A stretch of 64,000 nt of DNA. It comes from Pachysolen tannophilus NRRL Y-2460. Lineage: Eukaryota. The DNA lies in assembly GCA_001661245.1 (NCBI GenBank), contig KV454015.1, forward strand, positions 918,924 through 982,923, given 5' to 3'. Every line of letters begins with the position of its first letter. Within the stretch, counting starts at the first letter, position 1. A program made the position numbers and the translations under genes. This document shows, piece by piece, positions 32,363 through 43,145 of this stretch. The notes beneath the pieces are model-generated. The model was not told the origin of the DNA. It made no database searches and was given only the letters and a program-made list of their open reading frames with translations.

Positions 32363-33481
32363 ATGGGTGTGAGGAAGCCTGCTATAGTGAATCAGATCAA
32401 TAAGAATATAGCGAGTATATTGACGAGTAGAAGTTTGAGGAATTATGATTATTTTGATTTGAGATTGGACTTGAATGTTTTATCTAGAACGGAATTGAAT
32501 TTTATTGGGAAGAAATCGTCAACTATTAATTTCCCAAAGTTGATTAAGAGATCTTTATTGAATTTGCCAGAGACTTTGAATGAAAAGGAGTATGAAAAAA
32601 ATATTGGATTTATAAATGATGTTAGAACTTTGTATTATAGTGGATTAGATAAGGATGTTTTCAAATATCTTATTGATGAAAATACCGAGGAAAATAGAGG
32701 TTTAATAATTGATAATGCTTATAACCTTTTTTATAGTGATATAGCACAATTGAAGAAATGCTATCAAGTGGCAATGATGAAAGTTCCTTACCCACAGGGA
32801 GAGATACGTAAGAAGAAAATTTTACAAAAAAATTTGAAATTACATGAGTTTAACGACAATAATTCATTGTTATTTGAATTGATTAAGAATTATGATAAGA
32901 ATAATTATACGTTGGATGTGTTGTTAAATAACAAAGGATTGAAAATAGATAAATTGCATTCTGGGTTACCTTATTTTAATCAGCTTTCGTCTCTTGAGAA
33001 ATCAAAGATTTTTGGATTTCCAAAGCAATTTCCTGCGAGAATAGATCCTAATTATAGTTATTATTTTCATAACTTATATACAATTATTAACGCTTCTCAA
33101 AGATATATCATGGATAAAAATGAATTGGGAGAAGATATACAGAAAGCTGTAAAACCAGAGTATGATCATCTTATTCTTAGAGGTTACTTGATTTATTCTG
33201 AAGTAATAATTGACGATATGGTCATGGGTTGTGGTTTAGATTACAACCATCATTGGAGTTCTCAAAGAGCTGCAAGACAAGCATTAATTAACCCATTATT
33301 CAAAGAATGGTTGTTGAACTATGAATTAAAGGAAAGTTCTCGATATACTAATAAATTTTTAAAAGATCGTTACGAAAAAAAGGTAAAAGAATTGTTTTCT
33401 CCAATTTTACAAGAAATTCTGGATAAAGTTAAAAAGGAAGAAGAACAAGATTTTGAAGAAGAAGGTACTGTATTACCCTAA
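32363..33481 (+). CDS. Degenerate RNase III-like protein with C-terminal dsRNA-binding-like domain
   Basis: TELNFIGKK aligns to ERLEFLGDS; YNLFYSDIAQL aligns to ADIFEAYIGGL; C-terminal VMGCGLDYNHHWSSQRAARQAL resembles the dsRBD G-x-G...A..AA..AL motif. Confidence 0.5.
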   Translation: MGVRKPAIVNQINKNIASILTSRSLRNYDYFDLRLDLNVLSRTELNFIGKKSSTINFPKLIKRSLLNLPETLNEKEYEKNIGFINDVRTLYYSGLDKDVFKYLIDENTEENRGLIIDNAYNLFYSDIAQLKKCYQVAMMKVPYPQGEIRKKKILQKNLKLHEFNDNNSLLFELIKNYDKNNYTLDVLLNNKGLKIDKLHSGLPYFNQLSSLEKSKIFGFPKQFPARIDPNYSYYFHNLYTIINASQRYIMDKNELGEDIQKAVKPEYDHLILRGYLIYSEVIIDDMVMGCGLDYNHHWSSQRAARQALINPLFKEWLLNYELKESSRYTNKFLKDRYEKKVKELFSPILQEILDKVKKEEEQDFEEEGTVLP

Positions 33482-33543
33482 ATATATTGTATATAGGTTA
33501 TAGTAAAATGTATATAGTTAAAGTTACAGTTAATAGAAATTTT

Positions 33544-34464
33544 TCATTTTCTAGGAATTCTTCTAATCATTGTATAACAGCTTTTCCAAATAACGTTTAT
33601 CTTCTTATCTAAATTCCAACCAAATCTTGACTTGAACTCATCAGTAAACTTAACGACAATATCATCTTTACTACCTTTAAGAACATTGTTATGACTCTCG
33701 TGCCATTTATGGACAGAACTAAAAGTACTAAAATAGTTTATGAAATCTTGAAGTTTTAAATTCTTCTTCCAAATGTATAAATCATTAATTGGTGTTTTAT
33801 CTTCACCTATAGGATCATATCTTCCAGATTTAAAATCATAATATAAATCTTTAGGAATTTTAGCATCAATATCTTTATTCAAATTTCTAATAATTGATCT
33901 CCCTGGTTGTTCCCAATAATTCCCCAAATATTTTGAGTTGTAAAAATATGTCAATAAAAGTTCATTAGCCTTTGCAAAATCACCTTTAATGTCTGATGGA
34001 TCACCATCAACACTTTGTATAATAGGATCTGCATAACCAAAATAAATTAAAGAACCATTATCTTTTAAAATTCTTGCCATTTCTTTAAACCACACATCAT
34101 GGTCAAACCAATGAGCAGCCTGTGCACTTGTAATCAAATCTATTGAATTATTTGAAATAAAACTAATAGATTCGGCTCTAGATTGCTTAAAAATTATTTT
34201 ATCAGCATATTCAGTAGGAATTGACTTTTGTGCCAGTTCAACCATTCTTAAAGAAGGATCAATGCCAATGACTTTATCAAAATGGAGCAAACGAGCCAAT
34301 GGGAATGTTGCCTCTCCTGGCCCACATCCAATATCTAATGCAGTACGGAAATCATTCCCATTATGATAATTTTTTATCAAATTGTTGAAAAACGAAGGTG
34401 GATAATTAGGTCTATACAAACCATAGTTTTCCGATTTAAAAGATTGACTGGAGAATTGAGACAT
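33544..34464 (-). CDS. TMT1: SAM-dependent small-molecule methyltransferase (Tmt1/Crg1 family)
   Basis: YRPNYP, LDIGCGPG, GIDPS, SIDLITSAQAAHWFD, YWEQPGR. Confidence 0.82.
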   Translation of the reverse strand: MSQFSSQSFKSENYGLYRPNYPPSFFNNLIKNYHNGNDFRTALDIGCGPGEATFPLARLLHFDKVIGIDPSLRMVELAQKSIPTEYADKIIFKQSRAESISFISNNSIDLITSAQAAHWFDHDVWFKEMARILKDNGSLIYFGYADPIIQSVDGDPSDIKGDFAKANELLLTYFYNSKYLGNYWEQPGRSIIRNLNKDIDAKIPKDLYYDFKSGRYDPIGEDKTPINDLYIWKKNLKLQDFINYFSTFSSVHKWHESHNNVLKGSKDDIVVKFTDEFKSRFGWNLDKKINVIWKSCYTMIRRIPRK

Positions 34465-34907
34465 TATCAGATTTTAAACATAATGATATTTCTAGATATT
34501 TAGCTTATCTTAGTTCAAAGTCTTTAAAAGTAAACTCCGATATGTACTTACTTCTTTTTCTTATTCTTTTTTTGGGTTCAAAAAGAAAATCTCATAATCA
34601 TATACATAGATTAAGGAAAACAGTCTACAAATGCCAAAAAGACACCCATTATTATAACACCTTGAGAGCAAAATTTTTTTTTAGAATGCTTTTAGAACCG
34701 AACTATAATAAAGAAGGTAAAGAACCAACTAAATCAACAAAAAAAATAGCCAAAAAATAAAAAAGAATTAATAAAAAAACTTAGCAAAATAGAAATAAAA
34801 AACAAACAAATTTAAAACAAAATCAAATTCTTAAACTTTGAAAAAAAAAATAAAAAATAACCAACTTATCCCAACCAAAAAGCCATTATGTTCCTGGAAC
34901 TTATAAT

Positions 34908-35774
34908 TTATAATTTTTTCCTTTTTAAACCAGAATCAGCGGTAGTAGTATTAATATTTTCAAAATACTGCTCTTCTGGCATGTCATTATCATTCTCCTC
35001 TTCGTTTGATAAATCATCCTCATCCTCGCACTCACTCATACTTAAACTTCTTTTATTTTGAAGATGAGAAGTATGTTCTATATTTTGAAGATAATTTGCT
35101 TCCCAAAATTTTTTCAAAATTACATCGTACAGCGGATTCTCTTGTAATAAGTTGATATTTACATTATTTTTTATTTGTTTCAACATCACCAACCCGTGGT
35201 GACTATTCAACCGCCTATTGTTATATAATAAATAAGATGTGGATAATAAAGTTGATAACTGATTATCTTTGGAATCTTCTAGGATCAATACACCATATTC
35301 CGGATAATATTTTTTAAAATACCTAATAAAATGATTTATGGAACTTAACGCATCTGTTAAAGGAGAAGTAATCACAGAATTTGCCAAGTTATTCAAACTA
35401 GGATAATCTGATTTGAGAATCATTTTATTCAATAATCGATTTGCAAATATCTGATGTTTATTAAAAATTTCTAGCTCATCGGTACTAAAATTTTCCAACT
35501 TCAAATTTGGATCAACAATTAAAAATAAAATATTCTCATCCTCATCATAACTTTTGAACTTATTCAAAGATTCCAACGTTGAAAGACAACTTATAACCAC
35601 TTTAATATTTTGTTGCTTAATAAATACCTTGTTCAAAGTTCCAAACCAAATTGAATTTGGCGAAAGTTGTCTTGGAATATCATAACTTTCATCACTGTGG
35701 TTTATTACATTAGAAGTATTACCAGCAACATTTATCGACAAAAATGAACTATTAAAGTCAGATAATATGAGCAT
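34908..35774 (-). CDS. Uncharacterised protein, possible dual-specificity-phosphatase fold without CX5R
   Basis: PRQLSPNSIWFG..NIKVVISC and GVLILEDSKDNQLSTLLSTSYLL mirror the DSP layout; C-terminal NLS LKRKKL. Confidence 0.55.
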   Translation of the reverse strand: MLILSDFNSSFLSINVAGNTSNVINHSDESYDIPRQLSPNSIWFGTLNKVFIKQQNIKVVISCLSTLESLNKFKSYDEDENILFLIVDPNLKLENFSTDELEIFNKHQIFANRLLNKMILKSDYPSLNNLANSVITSPLTDALSSINHFIRYFKKYYPEYGVLILEDSKDNQLSTLLSTSYLLYNNRRLNSHHGLVMLKQIKNNVNINLLQENPLYDVILKKFWEANYLQNIEHTSHLQNKRSLSMSECEDEDDLSNEEENDNDMPEEQYFENINTTTADSGLKRKKL

Positions 35775-36117
35775 CCTAACTAACTTACCACCCTATCTGA
35801 TCGATTATACTCCTATTATACTCCCCCTACTATTCATCTAAAAGAAGATTCCGTCGGTTAATATTTATTACTCATTTCTTAACATTGATGTTTCCCATTT
35901 GCTCTTCTATTTTTGGTATTTTTGACACTACCAAAATTTGATTTTTTTTTTTGTTTCTTTTTAACGCGAAGAGGTATTAAAGGTTTATGGGAAGAGATGG
36001 AGCAATGTGAAATAATAGTATAGTTAGTTGATTGCTTTTTAATAATTATATTATATAAATAAATTGGGGAAATAAAAAAAAAAAAATAAAAAAAGAAATT
36101 GGATATATGGAATCAAG

Positions 36118-36708
36118 ATGTTTCGTTTAGGTTCAGCAAGACCTTTATCTAAGTTGTGTAATAATTTAAATGTTTTACCGTTAAGAAGATTTGTCTCTAG
36201 TGGAAGCGGTAAATTTAATAATTTTCAAATTGGATCATCGTTGCTTGGTCGTGGTGGGAATAAGAGTTTATTATTAGGTGTTTCATCTTCTATATTATTA
36301 TCCAATTTTTTATCTCATTCATTATTAATTAAGAATGATTCTGGGGTTTTAACAAATACTAGGAATCATTTTGAAGCAGAGACTTCTAGGTTAGTTAATG
36401 AAAATAAGCCCAAGTATAATGGTGCATTTGGTGGTAAGTTGAATTATTCTGAATTATCGATTGGTTCTATTACTGGGTTACTGTTGGGTGTATTAGCCAA
36501 ACTTATATCACCATTGTTGTGGTACTTGACCTTGTCAGGTTACTTATTGATCCGCTTCTTGAATAATAGAGGTATCATTACTCTTAACTTCAACCAGTTT
36601 ATCACTTTTGGTTCTAGCAGAATCAATGTACGTAAGATGGTTTTTGAAAGACCAAGTTTTAATATTACATTTATTTTAACTTTTATTATTGCTGCTTATA
36701 ATTTTTAA
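36118..36708 (+). CDS. FUN14: FUN14-family mitochondrial outer membrane protein
   Basis: Basic N-terminus, LNYSELSIGSITG..LG, FLNNRGII, F.LTFIIAAYN. Confidence 0.82.
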   Translation: MFRLGSARPLSKLCNNLNVLPLRRFVSSGSGKFNNFQIGSSLLGRGGNKSLLLGVSSSILLSNFLSHSLLIKNDSGVLTNTRNHFEAETSRLVNENKPKYNGAFGGKLNYSELSIGSITGLLLGVLAKLISPLLWYLTLSGYLLIRFLNNRGIITLNFNQFITFGSSRINVRKMVFERPSFNITFILTFIIAAYNF

Positions 36709-36758
36709 ACGAAAAAAAAAAAAAGTATACATACCTATTATTTTATGAATAAATTTTT

Positions 36759-37865
36759 TTATTTTTTCAAAATTGTAACAACATCTTCATCTTGTAAGAC
36801 ATGAGATAAACCAACATATTGTGGTTGATGTTTAACACTACTTCCATAAACAATTGCATTTTTAAAATCTTCAACTAAAGATTTATGTATTTGATTACAA
36901 AAATCTTCCACTGTACAATTTGATGATCTTAACACAATAGGATCTGTAAAATCTGGTAATTGACCCTTTGGTTTTGTATAAACTCTAACTAAGTTCAATT
37001 TTTCCCACATCATTTCTAATAATTCATCTAAATTCCATTCATGTCCTGAAGAAATAGGAATTGCATTTGGTATTCTGTATAATAAATCTAATTCTTCAAT
37101 AGAAAAACTATCAATTTTATTCAATACATATACTGCAGGAACATATTTTCTATTTTGATGTTCTAAAGTATCAATCAAATCTTCTACAGTAGCATCACAT
37201 CTAAAAGATATATCTGCTGAATTCATTCTATATTCAGACATTACTGCTCTAATTTCATCATTTGTTAAATGAGTTAATGGTACTGTATTTGTAATATTAA
37301 TACCACCTCTTTCCTTTTTCTTGACTATTATATTTGGTGGTTCTTTATTGATTCTTATTCCAAAACCTTCCAATTCATGTTCTATTATTCTTTTGTGTTG
37401 TAATGGTTTATTAACATCTAATACAATGAAAATCAAATTACAAGTTCTAGCAACTGCAATAACTTGCTTACCTCTACCTCTACCATCTTTAGCACCTTCA
37501 ATAATACCGGGCAAATCCAACATTTGAATTCTCGCTCCTTTATAACGAATAACACCAGGAACAGTTGTTAATGTAGTAAATTCATATGCCGCCACTTCAG
37601 AATGAGTACCTGTTAATTTTGATAATAAAGTTGATTTACCAACCGATGGAAACCCAACAAACCCAACTGTGGCAACCCCAGTTCTTGCCACATCAAATCC
37701 AATCCCAGGACCTCCACCTCCACCAGGAGCAGGCAGTAATAACTCTCTTCTTAATTTGGCTAATTTAGCTTTTAATTGACCCAAATGATATTCTGTATTT
37801 TTATTCTTTTGGGTCTTGGCCATTTCATCTTCAATCAGCTTGATTTTCTCTACCGTCGTCGACAT
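36759..37865 (-). CDS. RBG1: DRG-family ribosome-associated GTPase
   Basis: [24 protein letters not shown] domain; [10 protein letters not shown]-terminus of DRG1 type. Confidence 0.96.
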   Translation of the reverse strand: MSTTVEKIKLIEDEMAKTQKNKNTEYHLGQLKAKLAKLRRELLLPAPGGGGGPGIGFDVARTGVATVGFVGFPSVGKSTLLSKLTGTHSEVAAYEFTTLTTVPGVIRYKGARIQMLDLPGIIEGAKDGRGRGKQVIAVARTCNLIFIVLDVNKPLQHKRIIEHELEGFGIRINKEPPNIIVKKKERGGINITNTVPLTHLTNDEIRAVMSEYRMNSADISFRCDATVEDLIDTLEHQNRKYVPAVYVLNKIDSFSIEELDLLYRIPNAIPISSGHEWNLDELLEMMWEKLNLVRVYTKPKGQLPDFTDPIVLRSSNCTVEDFCNQIHKSLVEDFKNAIVYGSSVKHQPQYVGLSHVLQDEDVVTILKK

Positions 37866-40255
37866 CTTGAATTAACTCAGTACTCTATACTAGCTATTAT
37901 GTTTAGACTCCAATAAACTTTTAAACTTTTTAAACTTGACAACTCTGTGTGCCCTTACTAAACAATTCAACAACTTGGCTTTATGGTGATGGAAATCTCC
38001 TTACAAAAAAAAAAAAAAATTTTTTTTTTTTTTTTTTTTTCAAGAAACCATGTCGTGTAGTATAGAACAAATACCCTGAAATGGAAATTATCAAACCAAC
38101 TTAGTTAACGAGAACCTAGATTACCTACCACGGTAATTTTGTGTTTTTTTTTCTTTCTTTCTCAATTTGCAATTTGGATTTAAAAAGCAATCACCGGAAA
38201 CTGTTCTTTTTTTGTTTTATTTCTACACTTCTTTTCTCCGCTGTCTCCTGCCTTCCTTCTAGAAACAATTATCATTTACTGTTCAGAATGAAAAAGTTCG
38301 CTAAAGCTTAACCTATTCTGAAAAAACCCAAAATTAAGATCAAATTAACCCTAATACATGAGTAAACAATTACAACCGCCATAACAATTTAACAATTGAT
38401 GAAAGACAGTAAGATATATAGTTAAATCAAATGAATAAAGTTTTGTTTTTTTTTTTTATTATTTTTTTAATCCATAGTACCTAGACTAACAATCCAATAA
38501 TAATTTGAACAAAGCAAGTACAATTGTAATTATAGTCATTCTTGCTATTGACAACAATTTCAATTTTATTTTTTCTTAATTATTTTTAAAAGGATTATAA
38601 TATAATTAAAAATAAAACAAATCCTATTGACTGTTTCTTTAGTTGTTTTAGTGACAATAGTAATTAACTTATTATCGACCAATTTCAAAACTTTAAATTT
38701 TTTTTTGTTTTTTGTTTTTTGTTTTTTGTTTAGGAGAATACATCTATCTATTCTTTATCGTATTTTTTCAATGATGCATTCGGTTCACTGGAAACTACAA
38801 CAATTGTAATTTATTTTCAACCTTCCTTTTTTTTTGCCTTTTGTAATTCTCCAATTCTCCAATTCAATATACATTTAATCATCCCTCTTATCATATTTAG
38901 CTTTTTCAGTTAGTGCTAATTGTCAAGAAGTACACATTAAAAATAATAATAGTACAGCCGCCAAAAATAGACTGTCAATTTACATGCATTCAAACAAAGA
39001 GCAAAGATTAAAGAAGTAACAACTTTGTAAGTAAAAGTTGAGTTTTAAATTTTTAGTAATTTTTATTTTTTTTATTTTGCTTTTTTTGATGATAATAATA
39101 CATTTAGATCATTCATCAAGTTTCAATTATTACAGGCTATTAAATGATTGGTTTGCTTGTTCAATTATGTTTTTTTTTTCTTCTCATTTATGAATTTTTT
39201 GATGTTTTGTTCTGACGTTGGATGTTTACGGAATTCCAATTTCATATGTGATGTGCAGGGGCACAGACAGGTTTTTTTAAAAAAAATTTCTTTATATACA
39301 ATTGTACCTTGCAGCGACTTTATACACTTGAAAAAAATAAATGTTTGTAATTTTTTAAGAATGAGCGAGCAATCACAGGGAATAAAATCTGCATTGATGT
39401 TATCATTAGCAATGTTCTAAAATATTACATTGAATTGAGCTATGCAAAAAAAACTAATAAATCAAAGAAATCAAAAAAAAAAAAAAAAAACTAGTATTTG
39501 TACTTGTACTTCTTTCAGTGTTCTGGAACTATTATTTAAAAATATACTATAACAAAATATTTTTTTTGTAGTCATTTCTTCTCGACTAGACTTATTCTGG
39601 AATATAGACCAACTCAAATAATAAATAGAAGGTTTATCACAAATCTCATGAAAACCTAAGATTAGATTTATTCAAAAAAGCAATTATGAAAATTACAGTG
39701 TTTACTAAAGTAGAAAAATACGCAAAAAGAGGATGTTTGTTGAATAACAATTTGAATTTGAATCTAATAGTCAATAATACATTTATATTTGATAAATTTA
39801 TTCTATAATACAAACAATTTAGAAAAGAGAGAATATACATATATATATATGTAAATATATATATATACATACGTATATATAAAAGAAAGAAAAAAAAAAA
39901 AAAAGCAGTCATGACGATATGATTAAAACCTAGATTCATATCGTCTCATTTTTTCCCCCTCTTTATTTAGTAATGATACAATCATGTAGCATGCAATAGA
40001 TACCAGAATGAATAAAAATAAAATAAAGCAAAATTGAAAAAGCCAATGACAGTAATAAGAAATATAACAAGCTAACCACAACTTTGTAAAATTCTAATTG
40101 AAACAAAAGAAAAAAAAAAAAAAAAAACCAAAACAAACAAACAAACAAAAAAACAGTATTTTCGTAACATGATTTTTCTAAAATAAAAACTACTGGAAAA
40201 ATACGAATGATAGTGATGATGATGACAAGGAAGCAAAACTTCATCTGACATATAG

Positions 40256-42043
40256 TTAGTAATTTTTCAGATCGTCTCCATTACCTCCACCACCTTCAAC
40301 ATTATTTCCAGGGTCAGCTCCGGTACCCATTCCACTTTGGGTGTACTGATTACTATTACCATTGCTGTTTGACAGTAATTGCGGTAAACTCAAACTATCG
40401 ATTGAGGGCAATTGTCTTTGTTTTGAATAATCCTGAGATTGTTTTATGAAATTTTCATTTGAAACGTTACCCGAAGTGCTATGATTGTAGTAATTTGCTT
40501 GTGCTTCAGGAGAACGACCTCTGAAATCATAGCCCATCATATTGGTTGTGATAGATGATGGTAAAGTAGAACTTGTCATTGGAATTTGACCTGTATTATA
40601 ACCAACTTCATCTTCCTTCTTTGCTACTCTATTAGTATTTGGTCCTGTAGTCGTAGTAGCAGTAGTACCACTACTGTTAGCAATTGAGTCTGTGGAAAAA
40701 GCTCTATTATTGTTATTGTTAGAGTATTGTAAATATCCTCCTCCAGTTTGTTGTTGATGTTGATGTTGTTGCTGATGCTGATGGATATCCTGGGCTTTTG
40801 GAAGCGGAACAAACTGTTGAAATTGTTGTTGATGATGGGTAACTTCCGGAGTATAAAATTGTTGATGTTGTTGTTGCAGCTGCTGCAGCTGCAGAATTGG
40901 CTGGTAATACCTAGAAGTTTGTCCCCCAGCAAACAGCGGTTGCAGTTGCAGTGCATTAGTCGGAAGAAGATTATTTTGTTGATGTGGTGGTGTGGCAGCA
41001 ACTGTTGCTGTTGCTGCTAAAAAATTACCACCCCCAGTAATATATGGGCTTGAATTTGGATATTGAGCCAAGCATGATTGAATACTCAAATTATGATTCA
41101 GTAAAACTGCTTTAGCTTTACATGAGGGACAATTTTTTTTCGAATTTCTTCTAGGTGTATACTTATAACCTGGATATTTTTCTGCGTGTTTCTGTTTTTC
41201 TTCATCAGCACATCTATTCCAGTACAGTTTTTCTTCAGCCAGTAAATTTCTCCAACGTTTACCCAATTCTCTAGAAACATCTGGATTCGTTCTAATAACA
41301 TTTCCTTCTTCTAACAATGCTTGATGATGTCTTTGACGAAACAATATAAAAGCATTTCTGGGTCTTGGAATATGATTTGTGTCAGCTTTACAAGTACATT
41401 TTTCAAACAAATGCAGGGCATCCAATTGTGGTGGAAGAACGGGCAGAACCGTAGCTAACTGTTGTGGTTGTGGCAGTTGCTGTTGTGTTGGAATCTGAAA
41501 ACCGGGAGGCACCTGAGAATACTGAACCAGCAGTTGCTGTTGCGGTTGCTGCTGCAGTATTGGTGGTTGTACTGGTGGTGGCAGAGGTTGTTGCTGTTGA
41601 GCATAAGTGACTTGTGGAATATGTTGCAGGTATCCAACCGACTGCACTTGATGAGGTGTGGAGGTCTCTTGGATCAAACCCGAGCCCGAACCTGAAAGAC
41701 TATTACGATTGCCATTTCCATTTCCATTTCCATTGATATTGCTATTACTATTGCTATTGCTATTATAACCATTAAATTGTTGTGGATTGATAACTTGTTG
41801 TGCGCTGTTTTGTAATTGTGATTGTTGTTGAAATGGGGTGCTACCTGGGCCTGAATTCATAGATATCACTTGTGACAACGGCGGTAACGTATTCAGCGCG
41901 AACCCTATATTGCTCGGGGGAAACTGTCTTGCAAACGTCGACATATTATTACTTTGTTGCTGTTGATCTTCAAAATGGTTATTTCTGTTGTTATTGATGT
42001 TATTGTTGTTGTTATGATTATTATAGTTACTATTATAGCTCAT
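40256..42043 (-). CDS. ROX1: HMG-box transcriptional repressor (Rox1/Rfg1-like), N/Q-rich
   Basis: HIPRPRNAFILFRQ...SRELGKRWR...EEKQKHAEKYPGYKYTPRR flanked by C-x-C and CxxC. Confidence 0.8.
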   Translation of the reverse strand: MSYNSNYNNHNNNNNINNNRNNHFEDQQQQSNNMSTFARQFPPSNIGFALNTLPPLSQVISMNSGPGSTPFQQQSQLQNSAQQVINPQQFNGYNSNSNSNSNINGNGNGNGNRNSLSGSGSGLIQETSTPHQVQSVGYLQHIPQVTYAQQQQPLPPPVQPPILQQQPQQQLLVQYSQVPPGFQIPTQQQLPQPQQLATVLPVLPPQLDALHLFEKCTCKADTNHIPRPRNAFILFRQRHHQALLEEGNVIRTNPDVSRELGKRWRNLLAEEKLYWNRCADEEKQKHAEKYPGYKYTPRRNSKKNCPSCKAKAVLLNHNLSIQSCLAQYPNSSPYITGGGNFLAATATVAATPPHQQNNLLPTNALQLQPLFAGGQTSRYYQPILQLQQLQQQHQQFYTPEVTHHQQQFQQFVPLPKAQDIHQHQQQHQHQQQTGGGYLQYSNNNNNRAFSTDSIANSSGTTATTTTGPNTNRVAKKEDEVGYNTGQIPMTSSTLPSSITTNMMGYDFRGRSPEAQANYYNHSTSGNVSNENFIKQSQDYSKQRQLPSIDSLSLPQLLSNSNGNSNQYTQSGMGTGADPGNNVEGGGGNGDDLKNY

Positions 42044-42519
42044 AATATAGGTGGTTATATATCCAAGGTAAAATAAAAAAATAAAAGAAGAAAAAATAAA
42101 AAAAAAAAAAGTTTCTTTCCCTCTTTATTTTCCTCTTTTCCCTTTAATGAATATATAAATACTATTAGTTTTGTTTATGATGGAGTTTTCAATTAATAAC
42201 AAAAATAACAAAAATTGGAAAATTATTCTTAATTCGAAAGTTTTGCGTTATTAATGATAATATTGTAATTGTAATTGTGATTGTGATTGTAAATTAATAA
42301 TAACGGATAATTGATAAAATAAAAAAGAGAAATCTAGATGTTTATACCAAGGAATAATAATTTTTAAAATAAAAGAAACATGAACACAAACATGTTCTAA
42401 CTTAATAATGTATGTGCAGTTAAAAATTAAATCCAGTAATATAAAAGACCAAAAGAAAAGGAAAGAAAGAAATAAAATATATAAAAAAAAAAGAGAAAAA
42501 AAAAAAAAAAAAAAAAAAA

Positions 42520-42975
42520 NNNNNNNNNNNNNNNNNNNNNNNNNNNNNNNNNNNNNNNNNNNNNNNNNNNNNNNNNNNNNNNNNNNNNNNNNNNNNNNNN
42601 NNNNNNNNNNNNNNNNNNNNNNNNNNNNNNNNNNNNNNNNNNNNNNNNNNNNNNNNNNNNNNNNNNNNNNNNNNNNNNNNNNNNNNNNNNNNNNNNNNNN
42701 NNNNNNNNNNNNNNNNNNNNNNNNNNNNNNNNNNNNNNNNNNNNNNNNNNNNNNNNNNNNNNNNNNNNNNNNNNNNNNNNNNNNNNNNNNNNNNNNNNNN
42801 NNNNNNNNNNNNNNNNNNNNNNNNNNNNNNNNNNNNNNNNNNNNNNNNNNNNNNNNNNNNNNNNNNNNNNNNNNNNNNNNNNNNNNNNNNNNNNNNNNNN
42901 NNNNNNNNNNNNNNNNNNNNNNNNNNNNNNNNNNNNNNNNNNNNNNNNNNNNNNNNNNNNNNNNNNNNNNNNNNN
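42520..42975. other. Assembly gap flanked by poly(A)
   Basis: Run of N. Confidence 1.
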
Positions 42976-43014
<39 letters not shown>

Positions 43015-43029
43015 AAATAAATAAGAGGA

Positions 43030-43145
43030 ATATAAATATATATATATATATAGATATGTATATATGTATATATGTATTGAATAGAATATAATATAATGTA
43101 TATATATATATATATGTATATATGTATATGTATATGTATATATAA
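43030..43145. repeat. (TA)n/(TATG)-type microsatellite
   Basis: Direct inspection. Confidence 0.85.

Noticed and set aside
38005..38040. A15-T21 inverted homopolymer as a structured RNA or cruciform
   Set aside because: Poly(dA:dT) tracts are ubiquitous here; ordinary nucleosome-depleting promoter element.
38399..38580. Possible tiny spliced gene (ATG, GTAAGA, GACTAAC, TAG)
   Set aside because: Spliced product is under 20 codons with no recognisable features.
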